From Welwitschia mirabilis (taxonomy: Eukaryota), in the NCBI GenBank assembly GCA_051453625.1, contig JBOZIK010000001.1, positions 11,034,974 to 11,098,973 on the forward strand: a DNA stretch of 64,000 nt. Direction: 5' to 3'. Positions 54,933 to 64,000 of this stretch are shown here, piece by piece. How positions within the stretch are numbered: the stretch's first letter is position 1; each line of letters starts with the position of its first letter. The notes below the pieces were generated by a model that was not told the origin of the DNA, did not search any database, and saw only the letters and a list, made by a program, of their open reading frames with translations. The position numbers and the translations under genes are program-made.

Positions 54933-57400
54933 ATGAATAGTGATCAAGCCACCCATATAAAAATCCTTAGGAGAAATATAACATTTAGAGAACACCCTAA
55001 GGAAAATAGCAATAAAATAATTGAGGATCTTATTGCTGAAAAAAGGAGAAAAGAATCTAAGAATAATAGTAAGAAAATAGTTGGGGAATTTTTTGCTAAG
55101 AAAAAGAGGAGAATCCAAGGAAAATGATAAAAAAACACTTAGAGAGGTTTTTGCAGAAAAAAAGAGACCAACACAAAAAAATGTTGAGAGTAAGGATAGG
55201 GTCCATTCCTCTTTTCAACCACCTTATTATTCCCCATTTTCTTTGCAAAATCCATATAGAACTAATGAAGAAAATCTTAAGTATTCAACCTCATCCAATC
55301 ACTTTTACCCATCCCATTCATCTTTCATGAACTAATATTAATTAAAAAATGATCCAATAAAAGAATTAAGGAATACAATAAAAAAGTGTTATGAAAAACT
55401 CAATAAACTCACAAAAACTTTGGTTGCTTTTATTGAAATGAAAAATTCTCAAACCTATTCTTCTACATCTTACCTTGAGGAAAATGAAAACAACTTATAA
55501 ATGAATAATTATGATCCTTGCTTCCAAGTTGAGAACAAAATTTTAGATCAAACTTTATCATTCTACTCATTAGGAGATGAGCAAAGGAAAGACAATAATA
55601 ACTTGATTACATCTTTCAACAATGAAGATGAGGATGGCTATTTGGATGATAATGATGAGTATATTTATGAGTAAAACTATGATAAAAATGATTATCACAT
55701 TTCCCCTTCTAATGAAAACAACAACATGTAACAAAATGATAAGAATAGCGAAGAAAAGGAAGAAGATGACATTGAGATTTTAGACCGTATCCCAAGCTTT
55801 CACACATTTTGTAAGGATGAAGGAGTTCCACCAATATATGAGATTTAACTTTTAAAACTGATGGAAATAAGCATTGAAATAGAATTAATGGAAAATGATC
55901 AACTAAACTCAGATGAGAATTATAGTTTAGAATTAATGAATTTATTTAAATAGGAAGAGAAATTAAGCTAAGAAACATTAGAATCTCTTTCATCAAATAA
56001 TAAGAGATTTTCTTTTTATAATCTTTCTAGTGATCTTTTTGGGGAATCCACTATCCTGTAAAAGAATAATGATTCTCAACAAAATAAAAAAGAAAAAAAT
56101 AAAATAATCAATTATGAAGAAGAGGGAGATATAATCAAAGAAGAAACTATTCAAAGAAATAATTCTCCAAATCACATTCTTGTTCTTAAAAATAATAAAC
56201 CACATCATCTTAAGGACTTGAGTTCAAAAATCTCTCAGCCTCCTCCTTTGATAACTTCATGTGCAAAAAGTAATATCTTTTCTTCATTTACAAAGTTAAC
56301 TTTACCATGTACTTCCATTGATTATTCTTTTCCAAAACAAAACTTGGGATATCTTGAGATTATTAATTGGGGAAAATCAATCCTAATCCATGTTTGAAAT
56401 TAAAAGTCAAAGATCTTCTTAGGTACATAAAGCCTATCCTAATCTCTCATCCTAAGAAGTTTTTCACAAATATTTTGATCTCTTTTCACACCTTNNNNNN
56501 NNNNNNNNNNNNNNNNNNNNNNNNNNNNNNNNNNNNNNNNNNNNNNNNNNNNNNNNNNNNNNNNNNNNNNNNNNNNNNNNNNNNNNNNNNNNNNCATCAA
56601 ATAATGGGATCTTTCCTTTTTATCTTTTTGAGGAAACCACCAAGTTAGAAGAGAATAATAATCCTTAACAAAATAAAAATGAAAACTAAGAAATAATAAA
56701 TTATAAAGAAGGGAGAGATACAAGCAACAAAGAAATTATTCAAACAAGTACCTATCCAAATCACATTATTTTCCTTGAAAGTAATGAATTACATCATCTT
56801 GAGGACTTTAGTTCAAAAATCTCCCAACCTCTTCCTTTGATAACTTCATGTGCAAAAAGTAATATCTTTTCCTCATTTTGCAAAGTCAACCTTACCATGT
56901 ACTTCCATTGCTCATTTTTTTTCAAAACAAAATTTGGGATGTCTTGGAATTATTAATTAAGCAAAACCATATCTTCTTGATCCCAATCCATGTGTTGAAT
57001 TAAAAGTCAAAGATCTTCTTAGGTACATAAATCCTATCCTAATCTCTTATCCTAAGAAGATTCTTACAAATACTTAGATATTAAATAAAGCCTTTCATGT
57101 TTAATATCAAGCTCTGAATAGAATTTATGTTTCAAATCCTTTACATCATGAGTTCGATAAGAGATTATTTTTCATAAGTTGTATAAATTTTTGATCCCTC
57201 ACATTAATCCTTATGAAAACAAAATTTTATTTGCTCATTTGAAAAAGCCTTATTTTCCTAAGAATCCATATCTTAAATCAAATAATAGGAAACATTTTAG
57301 ATATCCTTCAAAATTAGATTGAAAACTTTCTTTGAGTCCCTTTTCACATGCCTTTCACAATGATGCCCAAGATACTGAAAATTCTCATAAGAGATCATTT
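54933..57400 (+). pseudogene. Decayed low-complexity ORF of the non-autonomous element
   Basis: Starts MNSDQATH. Basic repeats, a Pro/Ser/Tyr segment, an acidic D/E/N tract (55600-55780) and a duplicated block. No catalytic motif recognised. Confidence 0.5.
56025..57080. repeat. Diverged tandem duplication of ~460 bp around an N gap
   Basis: 56025-56480 aligns with ~56615-57080 with substitutions and indels. Confidence 0.8.
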
Positions 57401-60400
57401 TTCAATGACACTTCATTCGTTTATCTCTTATCTGAAGAATGAAAATTATGCTATCAAGGATTATCTTTTTATTCTTTTTTCCTCCAATTGATTTCACTAA
57501 AAAATGAGTGCATACATTTTATGTTTTATCAATTAGTGAATATTTGATTTGGATCTTATTTTTCTAAAAATCTTGAAACCATGTTTCTTTTACTTTCTTA
57601 CTTTCTTTTTCAATAAAAGTATGAGTTAGATTTTAGAAATTGAATTAAATTTATTGGCCTTGATGTTTTTTGATTTTCATGGTAATTTTGATTTTCAATT
57701 TCTATTTTCTCTGTTTTCATCTTCTATTTTTGAATTCCATTTTAGTTTTTAGTTTCTATATTTTTTTCTTCCTATTAATAATATGTCATCTCCTTCATCG
57801 TTCCCATGACAAAGTGAGTGAGTCAGTTTTGATAGTTTTCTAGTTTTTCTATTAATTTTCTATGTTTTGTTTCTTTTTCCTGTGTCTGTCATCCTATATG
57901 TCGTCTAAATGACGAGTAGGATGACAATCAATAAAATGTTGATTTTTGTTTTTTATTTATTTTTGTTATTTTGAGAAAATGTATTTTTATGGCTCTGTTG
58001 AGATTTTTAACTTGACTGCATAAGAATTTCAGATAATGGGCAAGATCTGAAATTACATGAGCAAGCTAACTGAATTTTCTCTTAGCTTTTTCCTTTGAAG
58101 TTAATTATGATATTACTTGATTATTTTTTAAACTTGACTTATGTATTTATCTCTATAACTAGACTTTTGACTTGGGCATTTCAGTGGTAAGATTAGATTC
58201 ACCCAATCTTAGGACATTCCCATGTCCATGAACTTTAATTCAAAGCAGATGCTTTATATTTTACTTTATGGTGAAAAGGTCTTTGATTATTTAAGAGTGT
58301 TCTTTTTTGTATTTATTTTACGAATTTCACCTTTGTCTTTTGAGATGTTGGATTATGTGGAATGTGTTTTTCTTTTCAAAAAAATTAAAAAAGTGAGAAA
58401 TAAATACCATGATGTTTTTAATTATTCTATCTCAAAAACATGATCACCATGATGTCCTACCATAAGTACACTGGGACAAATATTTCCGAGAGGAGCCTTT
58501 GGCAATGTATTATGGTAGCTGTGAAAACTCCACTAGGAGGTCAGTTGATCATGCTTCATGGATCCTTACTTCTCTAACTATGGTTTTACTCCGCTCATCA
58601 TGGATAATAAAGTTATTCTAATAACTTTGAAGCTATGAAACTAGTGGTATTCCTAGTGTCATCAGAGATATTTCTTATTTCTTAGACTCTTAGTCTTTCC
58701 ACATGGTTATTTCATTTCTTTAGATTTGGGTGTTTATTTTGAGATGATGGTAGGTAAGTTTATTTTTGAGTAATTTTTTGGTCTGATCATCCATTTTTAT
58801 CTTTAGCATTATCATAACCACTGCCTTACCAAATGGAGTTTCCATACATTAAGTCGTGCATTTTCACATCAAGTAATATTATAATTTATTTTTTTGAACT
58901 CTGCTAAGTTAAAATATTAGATTAGTGAACTATTTTTTATTTATGTTATCTTATGCCCATCCTTCTTGTTTTCATTTATGATTTGGTTAGTTATTTCAAA
59001 GTCATTACCATATTTTATTATCATGTCTATCCTTTTTTAGTTTTTAGTATTCAATAAAAAGTTGTTTTCTTGAGTTTTCTTACTAAATTTGTGCTTATTT
59101 CTTTTTAGATTTTTTTTGTTGTAATTTCTTCCCATGTTCTTTATATGACAAAACATTTTTTGTCTATAATTTTTCTTTACTTGTCAAAATATTTCATATC
59201 TCTATATTTTTTTTTTTCAAATTTGACATTACGTAGCTTTATACTTTGTTTTGAAAATTGTCCTTATTCTTACTATCTTTTACCTGCCTTCTCACTTTTG
59301 TTTGCCTTCTTTGTTTTATTTGGTAATATGGGACATATCGCCTTTTTTTGGGGGGGAAGAGATCCATTTTCATGGCTCATTTTTCAAAAAATTTTAACTT
59401 ATTTTAAAGCTTTCATGACATAAAATTTTTAAAATTTTTATACATTATGCATTACTTATAATTTATCTATGTAATGTATTTTATGAGCCTATTTTATATC
59501 TTCTAGATTTATCTTTGAAAAATAAATTGGCTCACAACTATGATATTTTTGCCTAGTTTTTGTTAGGGACTGACAAAGGCTAAGTGAGGGGTTATCCTGC
59601 ACTACTAATCTAAGGTCATTTGATGGGGTTTTATGAGTTGTTTTGCAAGCTTTTATACAAGTTTAGGTGCAATTCTGAGGATTTTGGAGATACAAGAAGA
59701 AATCTCAGAAAAGTGCAATTCTTATCTAAATTTGATGCATTAAAGGTACTTTCCAATTCACATAGCTTTAAAAAAGGATTATTGATAAAAATATTGATTT
59801 CTTCTCAAGAAAATAATCAAAGAAGACCGTCTTCCCCTTCGTCGTCCCCACAATAAGCAGGATGATACTCTACTAATGTAGACTACTAAGTTAGCATTTC
59901 AATAATATTCTATAATGTACTATCGTATCCATAGTTGTTCAGACGATAGCCCGGATGACACTTTCATGTAATCGGCTCAAACAAGATTCCCTAAACCATT
60001 TCGTCCATTTCTAAGTCATTGATAAGCATGCCTAACTGCACCAACCGTCTGTCCTCATCTACTGTATTTCCTTATAAATAAGTTCCCCTTTAACTCTTCT
60101 TAGCATCTTTGATGCATCAGACATTCTCATAAGAGGATATCGAAGGGCAGGAGATCCATCTACGTGTGTTGCAGAAAGACATGCATTTGGTGGAGGGCTA
60201 TGAATCTTCCATTGAGACCCAGTTGTTTTGTAATCCAGATGAATATTACTTTTTAATATAAAATCTTGTTTTCTTTTCATGCCTGCGTTGTAGATCTTCT
60301 AATTTTTCTTATAGTCTATGTTGCCCTTGATCTGATAACAATTTCTTAGGTGATATAGATTATCAAGAACAGCCTTCGTTTAGGCTAGAATAAGTAGTGA

Positions 60401-61739
60401 TTAGAGTTATTTTTTCATTTGCATTTATAATAATCACATTTTACATTTTGCATTGTATATTTTTTCCTTGCATTATTAGTTATTTTTTAGTTCCTCTTAT
60501 TTTGTAAAGAAATCTAAGTCTCATCTGTTAGATTTCAATGACATTTTGGGTCTACTTACATTATATTAGTGTGTTATATTATGTGAAATAATTATTTATT
60601 TTATTATTGACAGAATCCTTTGAGCTTAAGAACTCACACAAATACACACCACAACAATAACTAATCATTAAATGCATTAGCCTTAATATTTATCGAAAGT
60701 TTGCCTCAAAATAAAAAGTATTATAAATTGCTCTAAATGCTGCAAAATGTTATGGAGATTGTATGTTTTTGTATCTTTCATCTCAGCTCTTCACTATTAT
60801 AGAAATCTAGCATAATCCTATCTAATATCCTACAAAACTATTCAAAATACCCTATTAAATATATGTAAGTTGGTAGCACAACATAGCTCCTCACTCAGCC
60901 TTGTTGGTCCCTAATAAAACTAGGTAGTAAACCGTGATTACGAGCTAACTTGTTTAATAATAAAAATGGCTAAGGTACTAAATAAATTATCTCAGAAAAA
61001 TTTTCAGGAATATCAAATATTACAAAGTGAATCATGAAAAATTAGAAAATAGAATGTTTTACCTGATTTGAAAACCACCCATGCCATCTTCTGGGTCATC
61101 GTCTAGAGGATTAAAGGGATGATAGGCTCAAAAGATGATCTTAGAAAATAGAAACCTGTGACAGAATTTTTCAGATAAATAATCAGGTAGTGAAAAAAGC
61201 CCCTCACTAAAATATACAATAATGACTAAAAAAATCACCTAAATAAAATTAATTCTCATTATAACGTATGAAAAAGAAAGATAACCATGAAAATTAAATT
61301 AAAATAAATACACCATGCTGAACTAAAAAATGATGTGTATGTATATAACAATGAGTTTCAATAGAAAACTATATAAAAGAGGAGATATAAAGTATAAAAA
61401 AATCAATCTCCTCGTCATCGTATAATGAATTCTATCTAGGCAACTGGCTTAGGTGCAAGAAAAGAAAAGGAAGGACACATAGGGTTAATAGGGAAATGGA
61501 GGTTCAAATATGTGTAAATGGAATAGATTATCTCATTGCTCTAAACATGAATCGCCTTTGGAATATCTATAGTAACACTCTACTTAATGAAGACAACACA
61601 TTGGTGCATGTTAACAATCTGGTCCTCAGAGTATTGTATTCTCCTCTTAACTATTAGGATTCTCTACTCCAATATCTAATCCCTCTAATTTAGAGCCTGT
61701 ATCCTATAGTCTAATGTTTGGATTCCATGATTTACGAAA

Positions 61740-62687
61740 TCTCTAAATGGTCTCAGTGGTCTTTGTTAGGAGAGCCAGTATCTACTCAAGTGTAATACCA
61801 ACCATAGTTCTCTGTACCTAAGGTCGCTCTGCCTCTCTTGGTACCTGTATACTCATGTCCTATAAATAGTGAGTGGAATTCTGTATGTGAGAAATAAACT
61901 ACTCGCCCATGAGCTTTGGTATCCCAAATCATCTGAATAAGGCTAAGAGGAGGCATGCATAACCCAGAGTCTACAACTGTCATGCCTCTACCATCGACTT
62001 GAGTATCCTTCAGATGAAGGTCGGTAATTCCATCTACTCTCCTTCTTGAAAGCTAATAGTATCTCTAAATACGTGACCATAACATAAACTGTTATGGAAT
62101 AATGGACTGGTGTTATGGATCAGCCCTCTATAAAGTACACTGTATGCAGGGCCAACTATATGACAAGAACTCCTCACTTTTCTATCATTAGATCTATCAA
62201 AACATTTAATGCAGTACCATATGCATGGTGCTTCTTAGTCTCTCCAGTAAAATAAATGTCTAAACTTCTATGCCTATCTAAATATTTAGATTGATGTAAT
62301 ATGGGATGGAAGTATGACAATCTCATGGTCTCGAATATATGCTACAATCATGTTGACTAAGTAATCTTGAGAATTTAGATAATGCTCTATATGCATGGTG
62401 TCATAGAACTCTCTCATCTTTGATATAAAATATGACTCATGCATATCTGTAATCCATCAGAGCTGGAGATCTGTGAGCCTTTGATCAATCTTAAGCTCTA
62501 TCTAGCTTATGAAATCTTCAAAGTAATGATCAACATGAATAATGGCTATATGAATCATCACAAAACATCTTTTTTGAGGTGGAGGATGTACTAGCTCTGC
62601 ATACTTAGTCTCTAATGATACTAAAGGGTCTGCCTCTTACTCTATAGCCTTGGCCTCAGCTCAGCTTGTCTAGATCTACACGTATAG
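61740..62687 (-). pseudogene. env-like / plant transposon protein ORF relic
   Basis: Minus-strand HESYFISKMREFYDTMHI (~62443-62390) carries the REFY motif. Preceded by a T-rich tract ending ttttaattgagtag (possible splice acceptor, ~62688). Confidence 0.65.
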
Positions 62688-64000
62688 GGCCTACTCAATT
62701 AAAAATATATAAAAAACATAATGTAATATTAGATAGATATATCAAATACATCACATGAATACACACAATAATGACCCTAAAATTAAATAAAAAAAGAAAA
62801 ATGATAAAAATATGTTCCATATTACCTAGTCATGAGAAGAAAAATGTGAAATGCATGAAAAGTTAAAAAGGAGTTTTTAAGTAAGCCCTACATGTGGTAA
62901 AAATTCAAATTTAATCTAACAAAATTGTAGAACACATTAAGCTGATCAATTTTTCCTAAAGGATTACTATGTTTCAACCTATGATTTGTGAGAAAATAAG
63001 TTTAAAATATGGGAAGNNNNNNNNNNNNNNNNNNNNNNNNNNNNNNNNNNNNNNNNNNNNNNNNNNNNNNNNNNNNNNNNNNNNNNNNNNNNNNNNNNNN
63101 NNNNNNNNNNNNNNNNNNNNNNNNNNNNNNNNNNNNNNNNNNNNNNNNNNNNNNNNNNNNNNNNNNNNNNNNNNNNNNNNNNNNNNNNNNNNNNNNNNNN
63201 NNNNNNNNNNNNNNNNNNNNNNNNNNNNNNNNNNNNNNNNNNNNNNNNNNNNNNNNNNNNNNNNNNNNNNNNNNNNNNNNNNNNNNNNNNNNNNNNNNNN
63301 NNNNNNNNNNNNNNNNNNNNNNNNNNNNNNNNNNNNNNNNNNNNNNNNNNNNNNNNNNNNNNNNNNNNNNNNNNNNNNNNNNNNNNNNNNNNNNNNNNNN
63401 NNNNNNNNNNNNNNNNNNNNNNNNNNNNNNNNNNNNNNNNNNNNNNNNNNNNNNNNNNNNNNNNNNNNNNNNNNNNNNNNNNNNNNNNNNNNNNNNNNNN
63501 NNNNNNNNNNNNNNNNNNNNNNNNNNNNNNNNNNNNNNNNNNNNNNNNNNNNNNNNNNNNNNNNNNNNNNNNNNNNNNNNNNNNNNNNNNNNNNNNNNNN
63601 NNNNNNNNNNNNNNNNAAAGAGAAATTGTGGAAAAGAAGATCAAGCCATGGTTTTAATGCACTATCATCCACTAGCATTTCTAGATGATAGCCCTAAGAT
63701 AAATATCAAAAAATCTTAGGCTATTGTTTGCCTAGTTGTCTAAATGACCAGGTGGATAATGAAACTTCGAAAAAATTTAGAAAAATGAAAAGGTGAGCTA
63801 AATAGGTTAGGATTAGATATTAATATAAAGGTATTAAAACTTATTAGAAATTTCAAAAGATAGGAGATGGATGAATAATCATGACAAATAAGAATTAAGA
63901 ACGAATAAAACTATAAATAATTGAAAGATAAGGCAATGAAAATTTACTAAGTAGCATGAAGCTTTATAAAACATATTAAAAAAACATGCCCAAACTGAAA

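Larger units (their letters stand above)
53283..60656 (+). mobile_element. Non-autonomous (pol-less) Athila-like LTR element
   Basis: LTRs 53283-54173 (5' truncated) and 59593-60656. PBS tggcaccattgccaggaa 54177-54194 (decayed tRNA-Asp PBS). Athila-type PPT region. No RT, RNase H or integrase motifs seen in the 5.4-kb interior. Confidence 0.85.
52456..64000 (-). mobile_element. 3' portion of an env-bearing Athila-like element; its 3' LTR is split into 60657-60883 and 52456-~53280
   Basis: rc of 60884-60925 (cctagttttattagggaccaacaaggctgagtgaggagcta) matches the pre-LTR tract at 59552-59592. 52456-52690 is an inverted homolog of the LTR end at 53940-54173. The two pieces sum to ~1050 bp. Extent beyond the 63017 gap is assumed. 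Confidence 0.7.

Noticed and set aside
53541-60280. Two similar ORFs (53541-53768, 60059-60280) suggesting a duplicated gene
   Set aside because: They are the same position in the two LTRs of one element, have different stops and show no recognisable domain.
62969-63719. Four ORFs over 220 aa
   Set aside because: Artefacts of the N run.

Overview
Very AT-rich, CpG/CHG-depleted plant heterochromatin with no intact host gene. The window is a stack of old, nested, stop-riddled transposons. These are a Gypsy LTR end with a Met PBS, a Sirevirus-like Copia carrying a solo LTR, two CRM-like chromoviruses, two pol-bearing Athila-like elements with a tRNA-Asn PBS, a pol-less Athila-like element inserted into the LTR of a related env-bearing element, an L1 LINE, and hAT-like remnants. 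The most unusual observation is two mutually divergent, A-tailed, L1-like-ended sequences (~40.0-41.5 kb, + strand; ~51.4-52.5 kb, - strand). Each has a decayed ORF ending in a DnaJ/Hsp40 J-domain, and neither appears in the ORF track. A CpG-retaining ~2.2 kb insert in the LINE and antisense ORF relics in an Athila 3' region are also unexplained. All translations and alignments were done by eye, so coordinates are approximate.
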